Below, piece by piece: positions 55,610 to 64,000 of a stretch of DNA of 64,000 nucleotides. Source of the stretch: Oscillospiraceae bacterium. GTDB taxonomy: Bacteria; Bacillota; Clostridia; Oscillospirales; Ruminococcaceae. The translations under genes and the position numbers were made by a program. The stretch is from positions 507 through 64,506 of the forward strand of contig JAAWRH010000020.1 in the NCBI GenBank assembly GCA_022800935.1. Reading direction: 5' to 3'. Below the pieces are notes generated by a model that saw nothing but the letters and a program-made list of their open reading frames with translations, searched no databases and was not told the origin of the DNA. Within the stretch, counting starts at the first letter, position 1, and every line of letters starts with the position of its first letter.

Positions 55610-55640
55610 TTGACTTTGAGCGGACTTCAAATGCTATGCT
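55610..55640 (+). promoter_or_regulatory. Second MerR-type promoter with 19-bp spacer, divergent from the first
   Basis: TTGACT, then TTGAGCGGACTTCAAATGC (19 nt), then TATGCT. It shares the core GAGCGGACTTCAA with the minus-strand promoter. Confidence 0.55.
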
Positions 55641-56068
55641 GAAGGTAATCCGGGCCAAACAAACGGATTTTTCCCATTTTTCTTTTTCTCATACAAAACC
55701 CTACCCCTCGCCCCTCCTATTTTGAAAGCCGAAGCGTCCGACAGCTTCCGCTTTCCATATTTCACACATCGAACATCGTGTGCGGTATGTCCGCGGGACG
55801 TTCTCCGCCCTATGACTCTCCCATCCTCTATGGCGGCGGACAAATTTCCGGTTTTTGGCCCGGAGCTGATGAAAACCCAGGAGCTGTGACACAAAGCGGC
55901 AATTCAGGCGGCAATGTGTCAAGGCTTCCTGGTTTTTTTCAGGAAACCATCACCTTCCTGTCAAAATAATCCCCTGGAATGATAAAAGAAACTATGGTAT
56001 ACTGATAGGGAGCCGTAACAAAAAAGCGTTTTTTCCATTGGAAATGTATGACATAAGGAGAAGACATC

Positions 56069-57532
56069 ATGAGAAAGCCCCCCAAAACCGGCGCCTCCAG
56101 GCCCTTTGGCCCAAAGGGAAAATCTGTTCTGGCGGCGCTTATCATAGCCGTATCCTTTGCAGGTATCAGCGGCAGTGTCTCCCGTTCCCTCCCCGGCGTC
56201 GTTTCCGTCTGGAAGCCGGATGACGATCCCGTCATGACCGCCGCCCTCCTCCAACAGCGGCAGGAAACGGTCCGGCGCTCCTTGGCGGACTCCACCCTTG
56301 CCGCCCTTTGGGACGGCGTCCCCAAGCGCCGCGGCTATGGATGGGTGGAAGAGCGCTTCACCACCCCGGAGGAAGGGGAAGAAGCTCCCCCGCCCCTCAC
56401 CCAGGAGCAGCTGGACCTGATTGGCGAATACATGGACGAATACTACGATTCTTTGACGGACCTCACCCTGCGCGACCCCTCCCGGCTGTTCGCGGACCCG
56501 GACGGCATCCAGGCGGCGGGGAACAAGGCAGTCTGGGAATACATGATAGAACTCAGGAAGCTTCAGCGCTCCGACCTCAGCCTGCTTGCCTTCAAGTACC
56601 GGCTCCGGGTCCGCCAAGGGGAGTGGAGCACCGATGAGGAAGAAGAGCCCCTCCCGGAGGACGGAAAGATCCGTGTCACAGCAGTGGAGATATCCGGCCA
56701 GGCTTTCACCCAGTTTCCCCAGCCAGCGTCCTACAGCACGGCAATCTACCATCGATTTGTGCTGGTGGAAACGGAAGAGGGCTGGAAAATCGAAAGCCAT
56801 ATGCAGATGGACCCCCTCTATGTGGTGCTGTTCCTGGAGGGGGATGCCCACAATCTGCGCGATTACTTCCGCAGCACCTTTCCGGAGGAAAAGGGAAAGG
56901 AATACATCGCCCTGCGGCTGGAAACCCTGTTAGAGGAGGCGAGGGAGGGGGTAAAGCTCCGTTCCGCCCAGATGGCCCAGCAGTCCGAATCCTCCCGGCC
57001 CGCTTCCCCCATCCACCCCTATAACCGGCAGGCGGCGGTGGACTACGCCCGGCAATGGGTGGGCGACCGCAACGGGGATTGGCCGGATTACGGCATCTAC
57101 GGCGGCAACTGCCAGAACTATGCGTCCCAATGCCTGCTGGCAGGGGGAATCCCCATGGACCCCTACGGGGACAGCCTGTGGAAATGGTACAGCGATGTCC
57201 CCCACAACAGTCCCGGAGAGGTGGGGCGTTCCGCCTCCTGGTCGGCGGTGGAGTCCTTCCGGGAGTACGCGGAAAACAACACCGGCTTTGGGCTGGTGGC
57301 CTGGGCGGACGCACCCTTTTACTCCGGGGAGCCGGGGGATATTCTGCAAATCGGCACAGCGGATGAGCCCCTGCGCCACTCGGTGGTCATCACCGAGGTT
57401 ATCAAGGACGCGGCGGGGAATACCATCGACTATCTGGTCTGCTCCAACACGTCGGACCTGAAGGATTTTCCGGCGTCCGCCTATTTTTACACCACCCAGT
57501 CCCTGGTCAAAATTCTGGGGTGGAATGATTAA
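56069..57532 (+). CDS. Putative amidase-domain protein (Amidase_6-like C-terminus)
   Basis: YNRQAAVDYARQWVGDRNGDWPDYGIYGGNCQNYASQCLLAGGIPMD...WSAVESF. N-terminal TM/signal segment. Confidence 0.7.
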   Translation: MRKPPKTGASRPFGPKGKSVLAALIIAVSFAGISGSVSRSLPGVVSVWKPDDDPVMTAALLQQRQETVRRSLADSTLAALWDGVPKRRGYGWVEERFTTPEEGEEAPPPLTQEQLDLIGEYMDEYYDSLTDLTLRDPSRLFADPDGIQAAGNKAVWEYMIELRKLQRSDLSLLAFKYRLRVRQGEWSTDEEEEPLPEDGKIRVTAVEISGQAFTQFPQPASYSTAIYHRFVLVETEEGWKIESHMQMDPLYVVLFLEGDAHNLRDYFRSTFPEEKGKEYIALRLETLLEEAREGVKLRSAQMAQQSESSRPASPIHPYNRQAAVDYARQWVGDRNGDWPDYGIYGGNCQNYASQCLLAGGIPMDPYGDSLWKWYSDVPHNSPGEVGRSASWSAVESFREYAENNTGFGLVAWADAPFYSGEPGDILQIGTADEPLRHSVVITEVIKDAAGNTIDYLVCSNTSDLKDFPASAYFYTTQSLVKILGWND

Positions 57533-57602
57533 ATGACTAAAAGATTTGGCCGCCGCATAAGCTTTTTAAGAGGAGGCGCGTCTTTTCGCGAATGATATCG
57601 GA

Positions 57603-58907
57603 ATGAGAAACAGAGCATTGAAAAAGCTTACCCCATTGTTATGTTCTATTTGTATGGCAGTCCTTTCCCCCTGGACTGCCGTCCACGCGAAGGATTACAC
57701 CTATCCTCCGCCGCCGGACATTGCCTCCGAAGCAGCAATCCTGATGGAGGCCGAAACCGGACAGGTCCTCTACGGCAAAAGCGAGCGCAAGCGGATGGAG
57801 CCCGCCAGCCTCACCAAAATCATGACCTGCCTGCTGGCCGCGGAGCTCTGGGACGGCAGCGAGGAACCAATCACCATCACCCAGGAGATGCTGTACGGCA
57901 TCGACGAGGAATCCAGCACTATGGACCTGGTCCCGGAAGAGTCCCTGCCCATGCCGGACCTGCTCTGCGGCCTGATGCTCCCCTCCGCCAACGACGCGGC
58001 CAACGCCATCGCCGTCACCCTCGGCGGGAGCATCGACGGCTTTGTGGACGATATGAACGCCCGCGCCGCGGAACTGGGGCTCACCGGTACCCACTTTGAA
58101 AATCCCCACGGCCTCCCGTCGGACAATCATTATTCCACCGCCTACGATCTGGCGGCGCTGACGCGGGAGGCGGTTCAAAACGAAACCTTTATGCGCTTTG
58201 CCGGGGCGGCGGAGCACGATATCCCGGCAACTCCCCTGTCGGAGGAGCGGCATATGGACCACACCAACCGCACCCTCTGCCCGGACCACGAGTGGTACTA
58301 CTCCGACGCCATCGCAGGAAAAACCGGCTGGACCAGGCGGGCGGGGCACTGCCTGATGACCGCTGCCCGGCGGGACGGAATGACCTTAATCTGTGTGGTC
58401 ATGCGGGCGGGCAGCCAGGAAAACGAGTACAAGGACACAACCGCCCTGCTGGATTATGGCTTTGAACAGTTTAAAAGGGCCAGCATCGACTGTACCCCCT
58501 ATGACAACACCCAGATCACCCTCCAGGGGGAGAAAGGAGAACCCCGCAGAGCGGTTCTCAGCCTGCGGGAGCGGAAGTTTACCGCCGTTGTCCCCAGGGA
58601 TGCCCAGGGGGACATGATGGTGTTCAGCCTGCCCAATGGGGAAAGCATCACCGACGGCGACTATGCGGATGCCCTGCTGAGCTGGTCCGATCAGGTCTCC
58701 GGCGCGCCGAAGGAACCCATTCGGAAGGTACAGGTCCGAGTCTGGGTAGAAGAGGTCAGGGAGGCCAGCGCCCCGGCACAGGCGGAGGTGACAGAGCCGT
58801 CCCAGGAGCCGGAGGACCAGGGAAAGCTTGGCATTGCCCTTGGCGGAATCGGGGGAATGCTGATTTTGACAAGCACAATACAGTTGTTCCGCAAGAAAAA
58901 AGGATAA
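57603..58907 (+). CDS. D-alanyl-D-alanine carboxypeptidase (PBP5/DacB-type serine peptidase)
   Basis: SxxK (PASLTKIM), SxN (PSANDAA), KTG (GKTGWT). Signal peptide and C-terminal TM anchor. Confidence 0.9.
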   Translation: MRNRALKKLTPLLCSICMAVLSPWTAVHAKDYTYPPPPDIASEAAILMEAETGQVLYGKSERKRMEPASLTKIMTCLLAAELWDGSEEPITITQEMLYGIDEESSTMDLVPEESLPMPDLLCGLMLPSANDAANAIAVTLGGSIDGFVDDMNARAAELGLTGTHFENPHGLPSDNHYSTAYDLAALTREAVQNETFMRFAGAAEHDIPATPLSEERHMDHTNRTLCPDHEWYYSDAIAGKTGWTRRAGHCLMTAARRDGMTLICVVMRAGSQENEYKDTTALLDYGFEQFKRASIDCTPYDNTQITLQGEKGEPRRAVLSLRERKFTAVVPRDAQGDMMVFSLPNGESITDGDYADALLSWSDQVSGAPKEPIRKVQVRVWVEEVREASAPAQAEVTEPSQEPEDQGKLGIALGGIGGMLILTSTIQLFRKKKG

Positions 58908-59151
58908 CAAGGGAAGTCCCCTTGCAGCTGAACGTTTTCCAAAAGCTGGAATACATTCGACTGTAAGGGGGTTTTTTATGCCCCCAACATTACGTTTTAC
59001 TAAACAGTGATAAATTCATTCAGAAAAATTTCTAAAAATTTCACCTCAAGGCACAAAAACATGTTATAATAGCGGTAAAGTCTCCACCGGAAGGGATGAT
59101 GCCATTATCTTCATACTCATCAAAAACGCAGATATCTACGCGCCCGCCCCC

Positions 59152-60240
59152 ATGGGCCTGGGGGATATTCTCCTCAGCGGCAGCCAGATTGCGGATATCC
59201 GCCCCCATATCGATTTTTCCTATCCCGGCACGAGGGTAATCGACGCGGGGGGCCGCCGGATAATCCCCGGCCTCATCGACCAGCATGTCCACGTCACCGG
59301 GGGCGGCGGGGAAAGCGGCTTTGCCTCCCGCGTCCCGGAGCTTACCCTCTCCACCGCCATTCGGGCGGGGGTGACAACACTGGTGGGCCTTTTGGGCACC
59401 GACTCCCGCACCCGCAGCGTGGAAAACCTCTTCGCCAAAACCAAGGCCCTCAACGAGGAGGGGCTCACCGCCTACTGCCTGACCGGGGCCTATGAGTACC
59501 CCTCCCCCACCCTCACCGGCAGCGTGGGCAACGACATTGTATTTGTCAATGAGTGCATCGGGGTCAAGCTGGCCATCTCAGACCACCGCTCCTCCAACGT
59601 CACCAAGGAGGAGCTGATCCGGCTGGCGTCGGAGGCCCGAATCGCGGGGCTTATCTCCAAAAAGCCAGGGTTTGTCCACCTCCACACCGGTGTGGATAAG
59701 GCAAAGCTGGATATGCTGGTGGATATCCTCCAAACCACCCCCATCCCCGCCAAGCAGTTCCGCCCCACTCATCTGGGAAAGTGCGTGGACGCGGCGGCAC
59801 AATTCGCCAGGCTGGGCGGATACATCGACTTCACCAGTGGAGAGCGTCCCAGCCAATCGGCCGAAAAGCTCCGGAAGGCCATGGACAAGGCCCCCTTTGA
59901 TCGCATCACCCTCAGCTCGGATTCCAACGGCAGTATGCCGAAATGGGGTCCCAACTGGGAGCTTGTGGGCATTACCGCCGCCAGCATGACAACCCTTTAC
60001 CAGACGATTCTCGCTCTCCACCGGGAGCAGGGCGTCCCCTTTGAAAAGGCCCTCTGCCCGGTGACGGAAACCGTGGCCAAGGCGCTGGAGCTCTATCCCA
60101 AAAAGGGCTGTCTCCAGCCGGGAAGTGACGCCGACCTGTTGATTCTGGGGGACAGCCTGGAAATCCAATGGGTCATCGCTAAGGGCCGGGTCATGATGGA
60201 GGAATCCAAGGTCATCGTCAAGGGAATGTACGAGGATTGA
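59152..60240 (+). CDS. iadA: Isoaspartyl dipeptidase (beta-aspartyl peptidase)
   Basis: PGLIDQHVHVTGGGGE...LLGTDS..R...LNEEGLTAY.LTGAY...VKLAISDHRSS, collinear with E. coli IadA. The true start is probably upstream of the first ATG (see findings). Confidence 0.85.
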   Translation: MGLGDILLSGSQIADIRPHIDFSYPGTRVIDAGGRRIIPGLIDQHVHVTGGGGESGFASRVPELTLSTAIRAGVTTLVGLLGTDSRTRSVENLFAKTKALNEEGLTAYCLTGAYEYPSPTLTGSVGNDIVFVNECIGVKLAISDHRSSNVTKEELIRLASEARIAGLISKKPGFVHLHTGVDKAKLDMLVDILQTTPIPAKQFRPTHLGKCVDAAAQFARLGGYIDFTSGERPSQSAEKLRKAMDKAPFDRITLSSDSNGSMPKWGPNWELVGITAASMTTLYQTILALHREQGVPFEKALCPVTETVAKALELYPKKGCLQPGSDADLLILGDSLEIQWVIAKGRVMMEESKVIVKGMYED

Positions 60241-60294
60241 GGATTGAGAATTGCAAACCTATCTTAAAACGAATGACAGAAAGGAAATGAAACC

Positions 60295-60933
60295 ATGAAA
60301 ATTGTATCCGTAACAGACGAAAGCTTCGCCCCCTATGGAAAGATTATCGAGGGCCACGACTTCTCCGGCCTGCTGAACAAGCTGGAGGAGGTCAGCGAAA
60401 AGCCGGCGGACCATGTGGAATACGTCCCCAGTGTTCCGGCGCTGGAGGCCCTGCCCGTCTTTGAAAAGGTCCGGGACCAGGTTTACGGCGGCATGCCCAT
60501 CCAGTTCGGCTACTGCAACGGCACCAACACCATGCTCAACTGCCTGGAATACCACCGGGACAGCGAGATCAACGTCATGGCGGACGACGCGGTTCTGCTG
60601 GTGGCCCGCGAGGATGACATCAAGGGCGGCAAGCTGGATACCTCCTGCGTCAGGGCCTTCCTGGTGCCCAAGGGTACGGCGGTGGAGGTCTATGCAACCA
60701 CTCTCCACTATGCGCCGTGCAGTGCCAAAAAGGGCGAGGGCTTCCGGGTCATCATCGTCCTGCCCAGGGGCACCAACACCGATAAGCCCGCCATCACCCC
60801 CGCCAACCCGGAGGACCGGATGCTGTTCGCCCGCAACAAGTGGCTGCTGGCCCACCCCGATGCCAGCGAATCCAAAAAAGGAGCCTATGTGGGCCTGACC
60901 GGCGTAAACATCGACATTGCCGCGGATATTTAA
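60295..60933 (+). CDS. DUF4867-type protein (cupin/ureidoglycolate-lyase-like fold)
   Basis: 212 aa. MKIVSVTDESFAPYGKII...MLNCLEYHRDSEINV...TLHYAPC. The family name is from memory. Confidence 0.6.
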   Translation: MKIVSVTDESFAPYGKIIEGHDFSGLLNKLEEVSEKPADHVEYVPSVPALEALPVFEKVRDQVYGGMPIQFGYCNGTNTMLNCLEYHRDSEINVMADDAVLLVAREDDIKGGKLDTSCVRAFLVPKGTAVEVYATTLHYAPCSAKKGEGFRVIIVLPRGTNTDKPAITPANPEDRMLFARNKWLLAHPDASESKKGAYVGLTGVNIDIAADI

Positions 60934-60951
60934 CAATCGGAGGAACGCGCC

Positions 60952-63483
60952 ATGTATCGTTACTCCCTGAACGGGACCTGGAGCCTGAGCTATGGTGTCA
61001 AGGGGGAAAACCTTCCCGCCACCATCCCCGGTTCCCTGCTGAGCACCCTCCTGGAGGAGGGAAAGCTGGTCAACCCCTATTGGCGGGATGAGGAGCATTC
61101 CTCCGCCTTGGAGGAGCTTCTCCGTTCCCCCTGCCGCTTTACCAAGGGCTTTTCTGTCCCGGAGGAGTTCCTTCAGGCGGAATCGGTCAGCCTCTGCCTG
61201 GAGGGGCTGGACACCTTGGCGGAAATTTCTCTAAACGGCCGTCCCCTGGGCAGGGCGGACAACATGCATCACACCTGGAAGTTCCCGGCGGAATCCCTGC
61301 TTCAGCGGGAAAACCTTCTCACTGTCTCCATTGCCTCCCCTGTAGAATACACCCAAAGGCGGTTTGACGAGGGGGACATCTCCTACATCAATACCGGGAC
61401 CATGGCGGGGAGCAACTACCTGCGCAAGGCCCACTATATGTTCGGCTGGGACTGGGGACCCCAACTGCCGGATATGGGCATCCACGGGAACGTATACCTG
61501 GAAATCCCTCTCCCCTGCGCGGTGGCGGACGTCTACCTCCGGCAGCATCATGAACCGGGGCGGGTGGAGCTTTCGGCCCGCGTGCTGGTCCGCACCGGCG
61601 GCGCGGAGGACATGGTCCTCCGCCTCAAGACAGTCTCCCCCTCCGGGGAGGAGCTCTCCGCCTCCATCCCTGCGGCAGGCGGAGAAAACCACATCTCCCT
61701 GAACATCCCCAACCCGGAGCTGTGGTGGCCCAACGGCCTGGGGGAGCAGCCCCTTTACAGCGTCTGCGTCTCCCTGGAGCGGGATTCAGCCCTGCTGGAC
61801 AGCTGGGAACGGCGTATCGGCCTGCGGACCCTCACCGTCAGCCGGGAGCCGGACCGGTTCGGGGAGGAATTCGCCTTTATGGCAAACGGCGTCAAGTTCT
61901 TTGCCATGGGCGCGGACTACATTCCCCAGGATAACCTGCTCTCCCGCGTCACCCCGGAGAAGACCCGCCAGCTTTTAAGGGACTGCGCCGCCGCCCATTT
62001 CAACTGTATCCGCGTCTGGGGCGGCGGGTATTACCCGGAGGAGGCGTTTTTCGACTGCTGCGACGAGCTGGGCCTGGTGGTGTGGCAGGACTTCATGTTT
62101 GCCTGCAACATCTACCAGCTGGAGCCGGAGCTGGAGCGGTCAATCCGGGAGGAGATCACCGAAAATGTCCGCCGCCTCCGTCACCGGGCCTGCCTGGGAC
62201 TGTGGTGCGGCAACAACGAGATGGAGGAGGCCTGGGTGGGCTGGGGAGATGTCAAAGACCATCCCGGCCACCTGCGGGAGGACTATCTGCGGCTGTTTGA
62301 GGGGATTATCCCGGAAATACTCTCCCAGGAGGACCCGGAAACCTTCTACTGGCCCTCCTCCCCCTCCTCTCAGGGGGGCTTTCAGCAGCCCAACAGCCCT
62401 GACCGGGGAGATGTCCACTACTGGGAGGTTTGGCACGGCGGAAAGCCCTTTGAAGTATACCGCCAGCACTTCTTCCGCTTCTGCTCTGAATTCGGCTTCC
62501 AATCCTTCCCCTGCCGCAAGACCATGGAGACCTTCACCCTGCCTGAGGACCGCAACGCCTTTTCCCAGGTAATGGAAAACCATCAAAAAAACCCGGCAGC
62601 CAACGGCAAGATACTCCAATCCCTCTCCGCCCACTACCGCTACCCCAAGGACTATGAAAGCCTCGCCTATGTCTCCCAGCTGTTGCAGGCCCGCGCCATG
62701 AAATATGGCGTGGAGCACTGGCGCAGGAACCGGGGCCGCTGTATGGGCGCGGTTTACTGGCAGCTCAACGACTGCTGGCCGGTGGCTTCCTGGTCCAGCA
62801 TCGACTGGTATGGCCGGTGGAAGGTGCTCCACTACTGGGCAAAACGGTTTTTTGCCCCCTTTACCGCCTCCATTGTGGAAAACGGGGAACAGATGGAGAT
62901 ATGGGCGGTCAACGAAAGCCGGGAGCCCCGGAAGGGAGTGCTCCGGGTCTTTCTCCGGGACAGCCGCCTGAACATGGTGTTCCAGACGGCGGTTCAGGCA
63001 GAGCTGCCGCCCCTCTCCTCCGCAAAGGTATTTGAGCGGGATTTCAGCCAGCTCATCACCGGATGCGGCCGGAGGAGGGAGGAACTCCTGTTCGGGTTCC
63101 AGCTGCTGGAGGACGGCTGCCCCATAGGGGACGGCTGCACTCTTTTTGTTCCGGACAAGCATTTTGCTCTGGAGGACCCCAAGCTCTCCTGGAAGCTGTC
63201 CCGCACCAAGGAAGGCTTTGCCATCCGCATTTCCGCCCGCGCCTTTGCCAGAAGCGTCTGGCTCTCCCTGGAGGGTATGGACGGTGTGTTCAGCGACAAC
63301 GGCTTTGACATTTACGAGCACAGCCACACCCCCTATGAGGTCACCCTGCGCCTGGCGGACATTGCCCCCGCCCTGGGGAATCTGAACACCGGGGCAGTCA
63401 TCCGCGGCGTTGAGGATATTGCTCTGGAGGAGCTGGAAAAGCGGCTCTGCATCCGCTCCCTGTACGATACCTACGAGCACTGA
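60952..63483 (+). CDS. GH2 family beta-mannosidase
   Basis: 843 aa. IRVWGGGYYPEEAFFDCCDELGLVVWQDFMFAC, acid/base CGNNEMEE, nucleophile region FCSEFGFQSFP. Confidence 0.85.
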   Translation: MYRYSLNGTWSLSYGVKGENLPATIPGSLLSTLLEEGKLVNPYWRDEEHSSALEELLRSPCRFTKGFSVPEEFLQAESVSLCLEGLDTLAEISLNGRPLGRADNMHHTWKFPAESLLQRENLLTVSIASPVEYTQRRFDEGDISYINTGTMAGSNYLRKAHYMFGWDWGPQLPDMGIHGNVYLEIPLPCAVADVYLRQHHEPGRVELSARVLVRTGGAEDMVLRLKTVSPSGEELSASIPAAGGENHISLNIPNPELWWPNGLGEQPLYSVCVSLERDSALLDSWERRIGLRTLTVSREPDRFGEEFAFMANGVKFFAMGADYIPQDNLLSRVTPEKTRQLLRDCAAAHFNCIRVWGGGYYPEEAFFDCCDELGLVVWQDFMFACNIYQLEPELERSIREEITENVRRLRHRACLGLWCGNNEMEEAWVGWGDVKDHPGHLREDYLRLFEGIIPEILSQEDPETFYWPSSPSSQGGFQQPNSPDRGDVHYWEVWHGGKPFEVYRQHFFRFCSEFGFQSFPCRKTMETFTLPEDRNAFSQVMENHQKNPAANGKILQSLSAHYRYPKDYESLAYVSQLLQARAMKYGVEHWRRNRGRCMGAVYWQLNDCWPVASWSSIDWYGRWKVLHYWAKRFFAPFTASIVENGEQMEIWAVNESREPRKGVLRVFLRDSRLNMVFQTAVQAELPPLSSAKVFERDFSQLITGCGRRREELLFGFQLLEDGCPIGDGCTLFVPDKHFALEDPKLSWKLSRTKEGFAIRISARAFARSVWLSLEGMDGVFSDNGFDIYEHSHTPYEVTLRLADIAPALGNLNTGAVIRGVEDIALEELEKRLCIRSLYDTYEH

Positions 63484-63551
63484 ACCCGGCTTCAGGGGAG
63501 GGTTGCCCTCCCCGGAGATATTCATGTAATACATTCAGGAGGAATCATCTT

Positions 63552-64000
63552 ATGGCAGACAAACAATTTACAATGGGCGTTCTTGGCCTTGGCGAGGGCC
63601 GCAGCATCCTTTCCGCGGCCTTGAACAGCCCCTACTGGAAGGTCGGCAACATCTGTGACCTCAACGAAGCCCTCTGCAAGGAGCGGCTGGAGGAGTTCGG
63701 CCTCACCCGCTACACCACCTCATACGAGGAGATGCTGGCCGACCCGTCCATCGACGTCATCGGCATCTACACCCCCGACCAGCTCCACGCCCAGCACATC
63801 AAAATGGCCCTGGAGGCCGGGAAAAACGTCCTCTGCACCAAGCCGCTGATGGTCAGCCTGGACGAGGCCAACGCCCTGCTGGAATGCCAAAAGCGCACCG
63901 GCGGCATCGTCTTTGTGGGCCAGAGCTCCCGGTACTTTGAGCCTGCCCTGCGCCAGCGTGCGGACTACGAGGAGGGCCGCATCGGCAACCTGATAGCCAT
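63552..64000 (+). CDS. Gfo/Idh/MocA family oxidoreductase (N-terminal part; continues past window end)
   Basis: MGVLGLGEGRS... Rossmann N-terminus, IGIYTPDQLHAQHIKMALEAGKNVLCTKP. No stop before 64000. Confidence 0.85.
   Translation, partial: MADKQFTMGVLGLGEGRSILSAALNSPYWKVGNICDLNEALCKERLEEFGLTRYTTSYEEMLADPSIDVIGIYTPDQLHAQHIKMALEAGKNVLCTKPLMVSLDEANALLECQKRTGGIVFVGQSSRYFEPALRQRADYEEGRIGNLIA

Noticed and set aside
55778-55969. 63-aa plus-strand ORF (and antisense ORFs 55634..55894 and 55701..55922) downstream of the second MerR-type promoter.
   Set aside because: No RBS, low-complexity Gly/Pro/Ser composition and mutually overlapping frames. There is not enough evidence to call a gene, so the region is flagged as non-coding of unknown function.
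63495-63513. Terminator after the beta-mannosidase gene (GGGGAGGG-TTG-CCCTCCCC).
   Set aside because: The stem is good, but it has only a 3-nt loop and no downstream T-run, and the next gene starts 40 nt later, so read-through is likely.

Overview
High-GC Firmicutes/Clostridia-like chromosomal window (lineage is inference from the protein families), densely coding, with about 60 supportable genes. Housekeeping and transport genes include a MATE pump, a heterodimeric ABC exporter pair, an MBOAT+DHHW O-acyltransferase pair, enolase, a cell-wall amidase, a NitT/TauT-type ABC importer, a cobalamin-riboswitch-controlled BtuFCD-like importer, GGT, a TetR/MFS pair, endonuclease III, a BceAB-like ABC system, a MerR regulator, a PBP5-type carboxypeptidase, isoaspartyl dipeptidase and a GH2 beta-mannosidase. 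Three accessory blocks stand out. (1) 25.1-34.6 kb is a single-strand, promoter-to-terminator block of ten phage-like genes (portal, scaffold-like, capsid, putative tail genes, GH25 lysin). It has no terminase, integrase, replication or holin gene and no obvious compositional contrast with the host. (2) Divergent from it, 34.7-40.4 kb carries sortase B, a transglutaminase-like lipoprotein, a GspF/PilC platform protein, four atypical pilin-like proteins and a PilT-type ATPase as the only ATPase. (3) 45.5-48.8 kb carries RtcB and a vWA/TROVE-like DUF2828-type protein behind a ~550-nt ORF-free, highly structured leader with two tRNA T-arm-like hairpins and a duplicated helix-closed module, a candidate Y-RNA-like system. 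Smaller items are twin MerR-type 19-bp-spacer promoters sharing one operator motif, two AT-rich islands, an orphan barstar and a PduO-like protein lacking the ATP motif. No rRNA, canonical tRNA or CRISPR array was seen. All homology calls come from reading motifs by eye, with no searches run.
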